A DNA stretch of 64,000 nucleotides from Butyrivibrio sp. (GTDB lineage Bacteria > Bacillota > Clostridia > Lachnospirales > Lachnospiraceae), in assembly GCA_017446685.1 (NCBI GenBank), contig JAFSQI010000106.1, positions 4,351 to 68,350 of the forward strand, in the 5' to 3' direction. The position numbers and the translations under genes were made by a program. The notes beneath the pieces are model-generated. The model saw nothing but the letters and a program-made list of their open reading frames with translations, was not told where the DNA came from and searched no databases. Numbering within the stretch: position 1 is the first letter of the stretch; each line of letters opens with the position of its first letter. Shown here one piece after another: positions 20,585-31,630 of the stretch.

Positions 20585-20633
20585 TTGACCTTTGCAGTTA
20601 TAGATTGTATACTTACTTTAGTGCTTTAAAGTG
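20585..20633 (+). promoter_or_regulatory. Sigma-A promoter with adjacent operator TACTTTAGTGCTTTAAAGTG (20614-20633)
   Basis: TTGACC(20585)-N17-TATACT(20608); the palindrome covers the expected +1. Confidence 0.75.
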
Positions 20634-20653
20634 CACAAGAAGGGGATTACATT

Positions 20654-22288
20654 ATGCCAATTACAGATTTACTTGAAAGAAACAGCAAATTATATGGGGA
20701 AGAAGTTGCTCTTGTTGAGATTAATCCGGAGATAAGGGAAGAACAAAGAGTTACTTGGAAAGAATATGAACTTATTCAGCCTACAAGTACATCATATTAT
20801 CGCAGGCAGATAACATGGTCTGTTTTTGATGAGAAGGCAAATCGCGTAGCAAATATGCTGATGGAAAGAGGTGTGAAAAAGGGACAGAAATGTGCAGTTC
20901 TTTTGATGAATTGTCTGGAATGGTTACCTATTTATTTTGGTATTTTAAAATCAGGTGCTGTTGCTGTTCCGCTTAATTTCAGATTTACATCCGAAGAAAT
21001 TGATTATTGTCTTAAAGCGTCTGATTCGGATGTACTTTTTTATGGACCTGAATTTATTGGACGAATCGAAGATATTGCTGAAAAATTAAAGAAGAATATG
21101 CTTCTTTACTATGTTGGAGATCAGTGTCCTTCATATGCTGAAGATTATTACAAGCAGGTTTCCAACAGTTCTTCCGTTGCGCCGAGGGTTCTTGTTGAGG
21201 ATTCTGATGATGCCGCTATTTATTTTTCATCAGGTACAACCGGATTTCCAAAGGCTATTTTACATATTCATACAGCACTCATGCAGTCTGCAAAGATGGA
21301 GGCTATGCACCACGAAACAACTCATGAAGATAATTTTTTATGCATTCCGCCTCTTTACCATACCGGAGCAAAGATGCACTGGTTTGGTTCGCTTTATACA
21401 GGTAGCAGAGCGGTTCTTTTAAAAGGAAATTCTCCTGAAGCTATATTCAGAGCTGTGTCGGAAGAACATTGTACGATTGTCTGGCTTCTGGTTCCATGGG
21501 CGCAGGATATTCTTGCAGCTTTGGACTTGGGAAAAATAAAGATTGAGGACTATAAACTTTCACAGTGGAGACTTATGCATATTGGTGCACAGCCTATTCC
21601 GCCATCACTTGTAAGGCACTGGCTTGAATATTTTCCTCATCATAAGTATGATACGAACTATGGTCTGTCTGAATCTACAGGTCCTGGTTGTGTTCATCTT
21701 GGAATGGAAAATGTTCATAAGGTAGGTGCAATCGGTGTTCCGGGTTATGGATGGAAGACAAAGATTGTTGATGAAGAAGGAAATGCCGTTGCAAAGGGTG
21801 AAATTGGTGAGCTTTGCGTAAAGGGACCCGGAGTAATGGTTGAATATTACAAAAATCCGGAGGCAACTGCTGAAATATTAAAGGATGGATGGCTGTTTAC
21901 CGGAGATATGGCAAGACAGGATGAAGACGGATTTATTTTCCTGGTAGACAGGAAAAAAGATGTTATCATTTCAGGAGGAGAAAATCTTTATCCGGTACAG
22001 ATTGAAAGCTTCCTGATGAAAAATAACAAGATTCATGATGCTGCAGTCATCGGACTTCCTGATTCAAGACTTGGAGAAATTGCAGCAGCGATTATTCAGG
22101 TCAAAGAAGGCATGGAACTATCAGAAGAAGAGGTAGAGGCTTTTTGCATTGACCTTCCCAGATACAAGAGACCTCGAAAAATAATATTTGATACGGTTAT
22201 CAGAAATGCAACCGGAAAAATAGATAAGCCGAAACTTCGCGAAAAATATTGCGGTGATCATCTGGTAGAAAAGCAAAATCAGGGTTAA
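20654..22288 (+). CDS. Class I adenylate-forming acyl-CoA synthetase
   Basis: YFSSGTTGFPK, YGLSE, GWLFTGD and DRKKDVIISGGEN motifs. Confidence 0.9.
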   Translation: MPITDLLERNSKLYGEEVALVEINPEIREEQRVTWKEYELIQPTSTSYYRRQITWSVFDEKANRVANMLMERGVKKGQKCAVLLMNCLEWLPIYFGILKSGAVAVPLNFRFTSEEIDYCLKASDSDVLFYGPEFIGRIEDIAEKLKKNMLLYYVGDQCPSYAEDYYKQVSNSSSVAPRVLVEDSDDAAIYFSSGTTGFPKAILHIHTALMQSAKMEAMHHETTHEDNFLCIPPLYHTGAKMHWFGSLYTGSRAVLLKGNSPEAIFRAVSEEHCTIVWLLVPWAQDILAALDLGKIKIEDYKLSQWRLMHIGAQPIPPSLVRHWLEYFPHHKYDTNYGLSESTGPGCVHLGMENVHKVGAIGVPGYGWKTKIVDEEGNAVAKGEIGELCVKGPGVMVEYYKNPEATAEILKDGWLFTGDMARQDEDGFIFLVDRKKDVIISGGENLYPVQIESFLMKNNKIHDAAVIGLPDSRLGEIAAAIIQVKEGMELSEEEVEAFCIDLPRYKRPRKIIFDTVIRNATGKIDKPKLREKYCGDHLVEKQNQG

Positions 22289-22301
22289 TATCAATCATCT
22301 C

Positions 22302-22348
22302 GCTCATTATAAGGTATTAGTAACAATACCTTATGATGAGCTATTTTT
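22302..22348 (+). terminator. Intrinsic terminator
   Basis: GCTCATTATAAGGTATT/AATACCTTATGATGAGC stem plus T-tract. Confidence 0.75.
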
Positions 22349-22460
22349 ATTTCATTTTTTATTTATAAAGGATTTGCAAAATACCAAATGGGGTATATTA
22401 TTACGTGGCAAGACTAATTTTGCTAAATTGGTATATTATATATGAAAGAAAGGAAAAAAT

Positions 22461-22898
22461 ATGACAAAGACAATTAAAATCAAGTATTTCAATGATAAGA
22501 TTGAAAAGCTTAAATATATTGACGGCAAATCCGACTGGATTGATCTTAGAAGTGCTGAAGATATCGATTTAAAACAGGGAGAATTTCATTTGGTTCCGCT
22601 TGGAATTGCAATGGAAATTCCTGAAGGTTATGAAGCGCATGTTGTGCCAAGAAGTTCTACATTTAAAAACTTTGGGGTTATACAGGCAAATAGTATGGGA
22701 ATAATCGATCATTCTTATTGCGGAGACAATGACCAGTGGTTTATGCCTGTTATTGCCATGAGAGATACGCATATAAGTTTCAATGATCGTATATGCCAGT
22801 TCAGAATAATGGAAAACCAGCCTCAAATTGAATTTTGTGAATGTGAGCATCTTGAAAGTGCAGACCGTGGTGGTTTTGGTTCAACAGGCAAAAATTAA
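22461..22898 (+). CDS. dut: dUTP diphosphatase
   Basis: [18 protein letters not shown] and RGGFGSTG motifs. Confidence 0.92.
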   Translation: MTKTIKIKYFNDKIEKLKYIDGKSDWIDLRSAEDIDLKQGEFHLVPLGIAMEIPEGYEAHVVPRSSTFKNFGVIQANSMGIIDHSYCGDNDQWFMPVIAMRDTHISFNDRICQFRIMENQPQIEFCECEHLESADRGGFGSTGKN

Positions 22899-23005
22899 AA
22901 GATTAAATACAATGTTTTTTGACACTGTTTGTTTATTGTGCTATAAAGTATATTGCACTATTAGTGGAAAAAAACATATGATTAACTTAAAGGATGGAGC
23001 ACGAG

Positions 23006-24487
23006 ATGAAGATTCGTACAAGATATGCACCCAGCCCGACAGGACGTATGCATGTAGGTAATTTGAGAACAGCTCTTTATGCTTACCTTATTTCTAAGCA
23101 TGAGGGCGGTGACTATATTCTTAGAATAGAGGATACTGATCAGGAACGTTATGTGGAAGGAGCAACAGAGATTATCTACAAGACGCTCAAGGATACCGGA
23201 CTTATTCATGATGAAGGTCCCGATATCGGAGGCCCTGTAGGACCTTACGTTCAAAGTGAGAGACAAAAATCCGGAATATACATGCAGTATGCCAAGGAAC
23301 TTATTGATAAGGGCGAGGCATATTATTGCTTCTGTGATGAGGAAAGACTTGCTACACTTGTTCAGGAAATTGATGATGGAAACGGCGGCAAGAAACAGAT
23401 AAGTGTTTATGATAAACATTGTCTGCATCTTTCAAAAGAGGAAGTTGAGAAGAATCTTGCAGAGGGCAAGCCTTTTGTTATTAGACAGAATAACCCAACT
23501 GAGGGTACAACAACATTCCATGATGAGCTTTACGGAGATGTAAGTGTAGATAATAAGGAACTTGATGATATGATCCTTATCAAGTCAGACGGATATCCTA
23601 CTTACAATTTTGCTAACGTTGTAGATGACCATCTTATGGGAATCACACATGTAGTTAGAGGAAATGAGTATATTTCATCTTCTCCGAAGTATAACAGATT
23701 ATATGATGCATTCGGTTGGGAAGTTCCTAAATATATTCATTGTCCGCTTATTACTGATGAAGAGCATCATAAGCTTTCAAAGAGATCAGGTCATTCTTCT
23801 TTCGAGGATCTTATTGAGCAGGGATTCCTTGCAGAGGCAGTTGTTAACTTTGTTGCACTTTTGGGATGGTCACCGGATGACAACAATGAAATCATGAGCC
23901 TTAAGGATCTTGTTGAAAAATTTGATTATACAAGGATCAACAAGTCTCCTGCAGTATTTGATTATACTAAGCTTAAGTGGATGAATGGCGAGTACTTAAA
24001 GGCTATGGATGAGGACAGATTCTTTGAGATGGCTAAACCTTATCTTGATAAGGCAATTACCAACGAAGCCCTTAAGTCTGATGAGAATAAACTCCGCAAG
24101 ATTGCATCTATGGTAAAGACAAGAATTGAGATTTTCCCTGACATTGAAGGAATGGTTGATTTCTTTAATGCTTTACCGGAGTATGATACAGCTATTTTTG
24201 CACACAAAAAGATGAAGACAAATGAGGAGACATCACTTGCAGTACTCAAGGAAGTTCTTCCTATTCTTGAGGCACATGATGATTACACAAATGATGCTCT
24301 TTATGCACTTCTTTCTGACTATATTAAGTCTCATGAATACAAGAACGGATACGTTCTTTGGCCTGTCAGAATTGCTGTTTCCGGAAAAGAGATGACTCCA
24401 TGTGGAGCAACTGAGCTTATGGAAGTTATTGGCAAGGAAGAGACAATAGCAAGAATTAAGAAGAGTATTTCAATGCTTGAGAAATAA
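23006..24487 (+). CDS. gltX: Glutamate--tRNA ligase
   Basis: [12 protein letters not shown] (HIGH), RIEDTD and KLSKR motifs. Confidence 0.95.
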   Translation: MKIRTRYAPSPTGRMHVGNLRTALYAYLISKHEGGDYILRIEDTDQERYVEGATEIIYKTLKDTGLIHDEGPDIGGPVGPYVQSERQKSGIYMQYAKELIDKGEAYYCFCDEERLATLVQEIDDGNGGKKQISVYDKHCLHLSKEEVEKNLAEGKPFVIRQNNPTEGTTTFHDELYGDVSVDNKELDDMILIKSDGYPTYNFANVVDDHLMGITHVVRGNEYISSSPKYNRLYDAFGWEVPKYIHCPLITDEEHHKLSKRSGHSSFEDLIEQGFLAEAVVNFVALLGWSPDDNNEIMSLKDLVEKFDYTRINKSPAVFDYTKLKWMNGEYLKAMDEDRFFEMAKPYLDKAITNEALKSDENKLRKIASMVKTRIEIFPDIEGMVDFFNALPEYDTAIFAHKKMKTNEETSLAVLKEVLPILEAHDDYTNDALYALLSDYIKSHEYKNGYVLWPVRIAVSGKEMTPCGATELMEVIGKEETIARIKKSISMLEK

Positions 24488-24501
24488 AAGGAAGTATAAA
24501 T

Positions 24502-26442
24502 TTGAATAATAAACCACTATCAGAAAGTAATTCTCTAAGTGGTAATGCTGCTCAGATGAAGGCAATTCATCATTATGAGGGTCCTGCGATGGTACTTGCG
24601 GGACCCGGAAGCGGCAAAACTTTTGTAATAGTGGAGCGACTAAGATTTCTTATAGAAGAGAAAAAAGTTGATCCGGGTACTATTTTGGTAATTACTTTCA
24701 CAAAGGCTGCAGCGATAGAGATGCAGCATCGTTTTATGAAAATCACGGATAGTTCTTATCCGGAAGTCTGTTTTGGGACTTTTCATTCTGTTTTTTATCA
24801 GATTATTCGTCAGTCGATTCCCAATAATAAAGAATTGAAGATAGCAACAGAAAGTACAAAATATAAAATTGTAAAAGATATAATTTTAAAACTTAAGTCT
24901 AATAAAATTATAGAAGAAGACGAGGCTTCTGATGCATTGTCTTTAATTAGGGAAATTGTATCTGAAATATCCAAAATAAAGAATATTGGTATATCACCCT
25001 TTGATTGCGCGGATACAGTGCCATTAAAAAATAATTTCAGCCGAATTTTTGATGAGTATAATTGTTCTTTGAAAGAATATGGTTTTATAGATTTTGATGA
25101 CATGATATCAGAGTGTTATGAACTATTAAAAAATAATTCACAACTACTTAATTCCTGGGCTGATAGATTCCGATTTGTTATGATTGATGAATATCAGGAT
25201 ATTAATGCAATGCAGTTTAACGTTATTAATCTTATTACTAAAAGAAAAAATCTTTTTGTAGTAGGTGATGACGATCAGTCAATTTATGGTTTTAGAGGAT
25301 CGGATCCCGGTATAATGCAGAATTTTCCGCAGATATATAAAAACGATAGGCCGGAAATTATAAATCTTAATTTAAATTACAGATGTGGAAGGTCTATACT
25401 TCGGGAAGCACTTCTTTTGATCAAAGAGAATAAAATCAGATTTGATAAAGATTTAAAAGCTGCAGATACAAATCCTTTAGGCTATGTAGTTGCCAGAAGG
25501 TATATAAATAAAAATCAGCAGAACAATGCAATAATAAGCTTTCTTAATGGGCATAAAGAGCAGCTGGATAAAATAGCTTTTATTTTCAGGACAAACAGTG
25601 AAGCATATTCAATGGCGAGTTGTTTTAATATGGCAGGAATAAAAACTAATCTTGATAATGAAGCAAAATGCTTTGCAGACAGTCCGGCAGTAATTTTATG
25701 TGAACAATACTTAAGCTTTGCCTGCCTTGGTAAAAAAAGAGAATATTTTTATAAAATCATGAATAAGCCTATGCGCTACATTTCCAGAGACTGCGTTGAT
25801 GATGAAATTGTAAATGAAACTAAAATCATGAATTTCTATAAAGGAAATGCTTCAAAAGAAAAAGAGATACAGAAGTTATTTAGACAGGTAAATATGATTT
25901 CGCATATGAGACCAACACTTTCTGTCCGTTTTTTGCGAAGAGAAGTTGGAATTGATAAACTTTTTCAAAATGAAATTGATGCACTTAATGATTTATCATT
26001 ACTTGCATCTGAAATTCCAGATAATAAATTATTACTAAAAAAGCTTGCTGAATTAAGAGAAAAAAATAGTGATAATAGCGGAGAAAAAAAGAAAAAAACA
26101 GTCGGAAACTGTGTGAAACTGCTAACCATGCACGGCTCAAAAGGACTGGAATTTGATATAGTGTGGCTCCCGAATTTAAATGAAGGAATTATTCCGTCAA
26201 GGAGTTCTGTAACCCCCGGGCAAATAGAAGAAGAGCGCCGTATGCTCTACGTCGCTATGACAAGAGCAAAAACAGCGCTTATAATGTCTTATCTTACAGG
26301 AGATGAGAATAATCCCATGTTACCCAGCAGATTTTTAAGACCAATAAAACATTTGTGGGAAAAGAATCAGTTTTCTTCTTCGCCGTCCAAGCCTTCTTCA
26401 GGAAGTTCAACAAGCTCATCAAATTCTACATCATCAAGATAA
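24502..26442 (+). CDS. UvrD/Rep/PcrA-family ATP-dependent DNA helicase
   Basis: AGPGSGKT, DEYQD, VGDDDQSIYGFRG, TMHGSKGLEF and EEERRMLYVAMTRA motifs. Confidence 0.9.
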   Translation: MNNKPLSESNSLSGNAAQMKAIHHYEGPAMVLAGPGSGKTFVIVERLRFLIEEKKVDPGTILVITFTKAAAIEMQHRFMKITDSSYPEVCFGTFHSVFYQIIRQSIPNNKELKIATESTKYKIVKDIILKLKSNKIIEEDEASDALSLIREIVSEISKIKNIGISPFDCADTVPLKNNFSRIFDEYNCSLKEYGFIDFDDMISECYELLKNNSQLLNSWADRFRFVMIDEYQDINAMQFNVINLITKRKNLFVVGDDDQSIYGFRGSDPGIMQNFPQIYKNDRPEIINLNLNYRCGRSILREALLLIKENKIRFDKDLKAADTNPLGYVVARRYINKNQQNNAIISFLNGHKEQLDKIAFIFRTNSEAYSMASCFNMAGIKTNLDNEAKCFADSPAVILCEQYLSFACLGKKREYFYKIMNKPMRYISRDCVDDEIVNETKIMNFYKGNASKEKEIQKLFRQVNMISHMRPTLSVRFLRREVGIDKLFQNEIDALNDLSLLASEIPDNKLLLKKLAELREKNSDNSGEKKKKTVGNCVKLLTMHGSKGLEFDIVWLPNLNEGIIPSRSSVTPGQIEEERRMLYVAMTRAKTALIMSYLTGDENNPMLPSRFLRPIKHLWEKNQFSSSPSKPSSGSSTSSSNSTSSR

Positions 26443-26735
26443 AGATTGAATGCTTCTGCAACTGCTTCATATTCTGCATCATCACTGATATAACCGAGTT
26501 CAGGTTCTGAATCTTCACCATGATAAATGAATTCATAGAACCAGACATTTCCGTCATTATTCTGACCATTTTTATCAAGCGGAAGTAAAACTATATAATC
26601 TTTTTTGTTTACTGTTAGTACAATTATGATGGCGCAAGTGATTGTTTCGCCGTTTTCAAGCTCGACATCTACAGTCATCTGCTCATCATTTTCTATTTTT
26701 GTGTTCATATCGGTTGCAATTTTGGAAAATTCCAT
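26367..26735 (-). CDS. DUF1292-like acidic protein
   Basis: GGAGG RBS; V.VELENGE...KDYIVLLP...I..D.EYEAV.EAF pattern. Confidence 0.75.
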   Translation of the reverse strand: MEFSKIATDMNTKIENDEQMTVDVELENGETITCAIIIVLTVNKKDYIVLLPLDKNGQNNDGNVWFYEFIYHGEDSEPELGYISDDAEYEAVAEAFNLYLDDVEFDELVELPEEGLDGEEEN

Positions 26736-26909
26736 TTCAGTCCTCCTGGAAACAGGCAAAATCAGCCTCTAAATTTATTTGAATTATTCTTTCTTTCAGA
26801 TTATAGCATAGTTTGAGTGCATATAAAGCAATTATGTGTTAAAATATTACGGCGCATAAATTTTTGATGGTTTAAAAAGCATTTTGTTTTACTGACAGAT
26901 GGAGATATA

Positions 26910-28874
26910 ATGCAGGAAAAGTACAAGATTTTAAATGAAAAACCATACCCGCTTGGGTGTTACATTGACTATGATAAGAGTCTTGTTGTTAGGGCTGTTT
27001 TTTCAGATTGTAAAAGGTGTGGAATAACATTATACCCGGCTTCTGATGATAAAGAAGTAAAGCCCTTGCAGATTCAGTTCCCTAAGACACTTAAAAAGGG
27101 TGCAATCTATTCTGCCAGAGTCAAAGATATAGAAAATATTGATAAATATATTTCTTACAATTATTTTAAGGAAGATGCTTTTTTTTGTGACCCGTATGCA
27201 AAACATGTTTTAGGACTAGAGGTCTTTGGTAAAGATGTACCGGATAGTGAAATAAGGGCAAAACTAGACAACAAATCGATGCATCATGCTTCTGAGCATG
27301 AATTTGACTGGAAAAATGATAAATCCTGCTTTGTTCCTTATGAGAAGAGTTTTGTATATCTTTTGCATGTCAGAGGTTTTACAAAAAGTTCAGGAAGCGG
27401 TATTTCTATTTCAAAAAGAGGGACATTCAGTGGAATAATAGAGAAAATCCCTTATTTAAAGGAACTTGGAGTTACAACTTTGGAGCTTATGCCTGTTTAT
27501 GAAATGAACGAGGTGGAAAATCCGGTTGCGACGAGAAAAAATATACAAAACGAGACTCTGATTTATTCAAAAGATGGAAGTCTCATTGATGAAAAAAATA
27601 TTACAAAAAGAATAAATTTCTGGGGATATAAAAAAGGTTATTACTTTGCACCAAGGACTTCATACTGTGAACATCCTGATGATGCTGAGAATGAATTCAA
27701 AAATTTTGTCAAAACATTACATGAAAACGGACTTGAACTTATTTTGCAGTTTTTCTTTGAGGAAAATGAAAATGAGAGTATCATCATGGACGCACTTAGG
27801 TTTTGGCGTTGTACATATCATGTTGATGGTTTTCATTTAAAGGGAGTGAGGCTTCCAATAAGACAGATTGTAAGAGAACCGCTTTTTACCGATGTAAAAA
27901 TCTGGTATGACTGGTTTGATATAGGTGATATTTTTAATGGAAATCTGCCTAAAAAGAGATTTCTTGCCACTTATAATAATGCATTCATGTATGCAACCCG
28001 AAGGTTCTTAAAAAGTGATAATAACACCGTTAATGATTTTTTGAGAGCAATGGTCAATAATAGCTCAGAGAATGGTGTAATTAATTATATAGCCGATTAT
28101 GAAGGCTTCAGACTTGCTGATATGGTCTCGTATGAACACAAGCACAATGAGGAAAACGGCGAAAATAATAAGGATGGAACTGATAATAATCTTACGTGGA
28201 ACTGTGGAATAGAAGGCAGAACTAGAAAACACAATATCCTGCAGCTTAGAAAAAAGCAGATAATGAATATTCTAACTATGTTGTTTATGGCGCAGGGCAC
28301 TCCAATGATCTACAGCGGAGATGAATTTGCATTTTCTCAAGGTGGAAATAATAATCCTTATTGTCAGGATAATGAAATAAGCTGGATTGACTGGAGACTT
28401 CTTGAAAAAAACAGGGAAATCTTTGATTACGTGAAATTTTTGGCTAATTTGAGAAAAACCTACAGCTTTTTACATAATCCTTCCCCATTCAAGATGATGG
28501 ATTATATTTCCTGCGGATATCCTGATTTATCCTGCCATGGCAAAGAGGCGTGGAGACCTGATCTTTCAGGAAACAGTCATGTTCTTGGAATGCTTTATTG
28601 TGGCTTATATGACAAAACTTCAGATAATAAGGATTTTATTTATATCTGCTACAATATGCATTGGCAGAACATGGATTTTGCACTTCCAAAGCTTCCTGAT
28701 GGTCTCAAATGGAAATTACTTAAGAGCTCGGATGTGCAGCCGGAGAAGACTGTAGAAACTGACGGCAAGGACTTAAAGTTACAATCAGAGCGGTCAGTTT
28801 GTATTTATATAAGTGAAATAGATAAAAATTTCAAAAAGAAGAAAGACAGGACTAAAAAAAATGGAAAAAATTGA
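26910..28874 (+). CDS. GlgX/isoamylase-like GH13 protein with degenerate catalytic motifs
   Basis: HVRGFT, LGVTTLELMPV, NFWGY, HNEENGE, WNCG.EG, QGTPMI and QGGNNNPYCQDN motifs. Confidence 0.85.
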   Translation: MQEKYKILNEKPYPLGCYIDYDKSLVVRAVFSDCKRCGITLYPASDDKEVKPLQIQFPKTLKKGAIYSARVKDIENIDKYISYNYFKEDAFFCDPYAKHVLGLEVFGKDVPDSEIRAKLDNKSMHHASEHEFDWKNDKSCFVPYEKSFVYLLHVRGFTKSSGSGISISKRGTFSGIIEKIPYLKELGVTTLELMPVYEMNEVENPVATRKNIQNETLIYSKDGSLIDEKNITKRINFWGYKKGYYFAPRTSYCEHPDDAENEFKNFVKTLHENGLELILQFFFEENENESIIMDALRFWRCTYHVDGFHLKGVRLPIRQIVREPLFTDVKIWYDWFDIGDIFNGNLPKKRFLATYNNAFMYATRRFLKSDNNTVNDFLRAMVNNSSENGVINYIADYEGFRLADMVSYEHKHNEENGENNKDGTDNNLTWNCGIEGRTRKHNILQLRKKQIMNILTMLFMAQGTPMIYSGDEFAFSQGGNNNPYCQDNEISWIDWRLLEKNREIFDYVKFLANLRKTYSFLHNPSPFKMMDYISCGYPDLSCHGKEAWRPDLSGNSHVLGMLYCGLYDKTSDNKDFIYICYNMHWQNMDFALPKLPDGLKWKLLKSSDVQPEKTVETDGKDLKLQSERSVCIYISEIDKNFKKKKDRTKKNGKN

Positions 28875-30096
28875 TGTAATTGAAAAATTTTTAAGATATG
28901 TGAAGGTTGATACCCAGTCTGACGATACTACCGGTACTTCACCATCTACTATGAAACAGCATGATCTTGCCAGAATGCTCTACAAAGAACTTTGTGATAT
29001 GGGTGCTTCTGATGTTTTTTATGATGAAGAACACTGCTATGTTTATGCGTCAATTCCTTCTAATTTAAAGGATAAAAATGATGCTCCTGCTATAGGATTT
29101 GTTTCACATATGGATACGTCTGATGAAGTTAGCGGCAAAGATGTAAAGCCAAGAATCGTGGAAAAATATGACGGAAAAGATATAACACTTAGCAGTGATG
29201 GAAAAGTTGTTCTTTCACCAAAGGATTTCCCTGAACTTTTAAATCATATTGGAGAAGATTTGATTGTTACTGATGGAACAACTCTTCTTGGAGCTGATGA
29301 TAAGGCTGGCGTATCGGAAATTATGACTATGGCTCAGACTCTTTTAACAGATTCCTCTATTCCACACGGGGATATTAAGATTGCATTTACTCCGGACGAG
29401 GAAATTGGTGCCGGTACAGCTTATTTTGACCTTGAAAAATTCGGTGCCAGATATGCATACACTGTTGATGGTGGTAAGCTTGGAGAACTTGAGTATGAGA
29501 ATTTTAATGCAGCTGAGGGTATTATAAGTGTAAATGGCAGAAGTGTTCATCCCGGTGATGCCAAGAACAAAATGATAAATGCTGCACTTATTTGTTATGA
29601 ATTTCATTCTCTTTTACCAGTATTCCAGAATCCTATGTACACCGAGAAAAGAGAAGGATTTTTCCATCTTACAGAAGTAAATGGTGGAACAGAAAAGGCT
29701 ACAGCATCTTATATTATCAGAGATCATGATGAGAAGCTTTTTGAACAGAAAAAAGAGCTTTTCCTGGCTGCAGCAGCTTTTCTTAACAAAAAATATGGCG
29801 AAGGAACGGTTGAAGTTACGGTAAGAGATCAGTATTATAACATGATCGGTAAAATTCGCCCTCATATGCATCTTGTTGATAACGCAAAGAAAGTTATGGA
29901 GGAGCTTGGTATTACTCCGATAGATTCTCCGATAAGAGGTGGTACAGATGGCGCTGCGCTTTCTTATAAAGGACTTCCTTGCCCTAATCTTTGCACCGGT
30001 GGTTACAATTATCACGGTAAATATGAGTATGCTTCAATACAGGAAATGAAAAAAGTGGTTGATATTTTGCTTGGAATAGTATCAAAATACGCCTAA
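28861..30096 (+). CDS. pepT: Peptidase T
   Basis: HMDTS, GADDKAG, FTPDEEIG, YENFNAA and IRGGTDG motifs. Confidence 0.95.
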   Translation: MEKIDVIEKFLRYVKVDTQSDDTTGTSPSTMKQHDLARMLYKELCDMGASDVFYDEEHCYVYASIPSNLKDKNDAPAIGFVSHMDTSDEVSGKDVKPRIVEKYDGKDITLSSDGKVVLSPKDFPELLNHIGEDLIVTDGTTLLGADDKAGVSEIMTMAQTLLTDSSIPHGDIKIAFTPDEEIGAGTAYFDLEKFGARYAYTVDGGKLGELEYENFNAAEGIISVNGRSVHPGDAKNKMINAALICYEFHSLLPVFQNPMYTEKREGFFHLTEVNGGTEKATASYIIRDHDEKLFEQKKELFLAAAAFLNKKYGEGTVEVTVRDQYYNMIGKIRPHMHLVDNAKKVMEELGITPIDSPIRGGTDGAALSYKGLPCPNLCTGGYNYHGKYEYASIQEMKKVVDILLGIVSKYA

Positions 30097-30135
30097 TGTA
30101 AACAATCAGATTTAAATTTAGAAAGAGTTTTTATA

Positions 30136-31590
30136 ATGTCAAAAGAAATAAATATTTTAAATAGTAATAAAGAAGATATTAAGGATGCAGAGAGTTTAAA
30201 ACAGCTTGAATTTATCAATAAAGCCAAAGAATATGTAAGCAGCATGGAAAAAGAGCTTGGAAGAAAGCTTACAGCCTGTGTTGTTACTTTTGGATGCCAG
30301 ATGAATGCAAGAGATTCTGAAAAGCTTGTTGCTATCTTGAAACTTGCAGGTTATGAAGAATCTGATTCTGAAAATGCGGATTTTGTTATCTACAATACCT
30401 GTACTGTAAGAGACAATGCTGATCAGAGAGTGCTTGGAAGACTTGGTCAGTGCGGAAGTTACAAGAAAAAGAATCCGCACATGAAAATTGCAATTTGTGG
30501 CTGCATGATGCAGGAACAGTCTTCAGTTGAAAAAATTCAAAAAAGTTATCGCTTTGTTGATCTTATTTTTGGTACTCATAATATTTACAAATTTGCTGAA
30601 CTTTTATGTACATGTCTTGAATCAGACAGAATGATAATCGATATCTGGAAAGATACTGATAAGATAGTTGAAGATCTTCCGGTTCTTAGAAAGTATCCTT
30701 TCAAATCCGGTGTAAATATAATGTTCGGTTGTAATAATTTCTGTACATATTGTATCGTGCCTTATGTAAGAGGTCGTGAGCGTTCCCGTTCTCCTAAGGA
30801 GATTATAAGAGAGTGTGAAAAGCTCGTAGCTGACGGAGTTAAAGAGGTTATGCTGCTTGGACAAAATGTTAACTCCTATGGAAACGATTTTAAAGAGGAT
30901 GATCCTAACAGGATTACATTTCCTCAGCTGATAGAAGAAGTGTGCAAAGTTGATGGTCTTGAAAGAGTAAGATTTATGACTCCTCATCCAAAGGATTTTT
31001 CTGATGAACTTTTGGACGTTATAGCCAGAAACTCTAAGATTGCAAGACATATTCATTTGCCGCTGCAGTCTGGAAATACCGAAATACTCAGACGAATGAA
31101 CAGAAAGTATACAAAGGATGATTATTTGAATCTTGTGTATAAGATAAGAGAAAAACTTCCTGAAGTAGCAATAACAACAGATATCATTGTAGGTTTTCCC
31201 GGGGAAACAGCTGCAGATGTTGATGATACTATAGATGTTGTAAAAAAGGCTCAGTTTGACAATGCCTTTACATTTATATATTCAAAAAGAACAGGCACTC
31301 CTGCTGCCGGATTTGATAATCAGGTTCCTGAAAATGAAGTGAAAGAAAACTTTGACAGACTGTTAAAGGTAGTTCAGGAGACCGCAAGAAGTCAGTCTGA
31401 AAAGCTTAGCGGAAAGACGGAATCAGTTCTTGTTGAAGGCGTTAATGAGCACGATACAACATTGCTGACTGGCCGTTTATCCAATAATACACTGGTTCAT
31501 TTTGCGGGAGATGAATCACTTATTGGAAATATTATCGATGTGACTTTAGATGAATGTCACGGATTTTACTTTATGGGGCATAGAGCCTAA
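30136..31590 (+). CDS. miaB: tRNA methylthiotransferase MiaB
   Basis: TFGCQMN, NTCTVR, CNNFCTYC radical SAM motif, TRAM domain. Confidence 0.93.
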   Translation: MSKEINILNSNKEDIKDAESLKQLEFINKAKEYVSSMEKELGRKLTACVVTFGCQMNARDSEKLVAILKLAGYEESDSENADFVIYNTCTVRDNADQRVLGRLGQCGSYKKKNPHMKIAICGCMMQEQSSVEKIQKSYRFVDLIFGTHNIYKFAELLCTCLESDRMIIDIWKDTDKIVEDLPVLRKYPFKSGVNIMFGCNNFCTYCIVPYVRGRERSRSPKEIIRECEKLVADGVKEVMLLGQNVNSYGNDFKEDDPNRITFPQLIEEVCKVDGLERVRFMTPHPKDFSDELLDVIARNSKIARHIHLPLQSGNTEILRRMNRKYTKDDYLNLVYKIREKLPEVAITTDIIVGFPGETAADVDDTIDVVKKAQFDNAFTFIYSKRTGTPAAGFDNQVPENEVKENFDRLLKVVQETARSQSEKLSGKTESVLVEGVNEHDTTLLTGRLSNNTLVHFAGDESLIGNIIDVTLDECHGFYFMGHRA

Positions 31591-31630
31591 AAGTAATATA
31601 GATATTGTTATTAGTTAGGGGAGTTTTATT

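Noticed and set aside
22899-23005. T-box leader upstream of gltX
   Set aside because: Interval is too short and has no T-box or terminator motif
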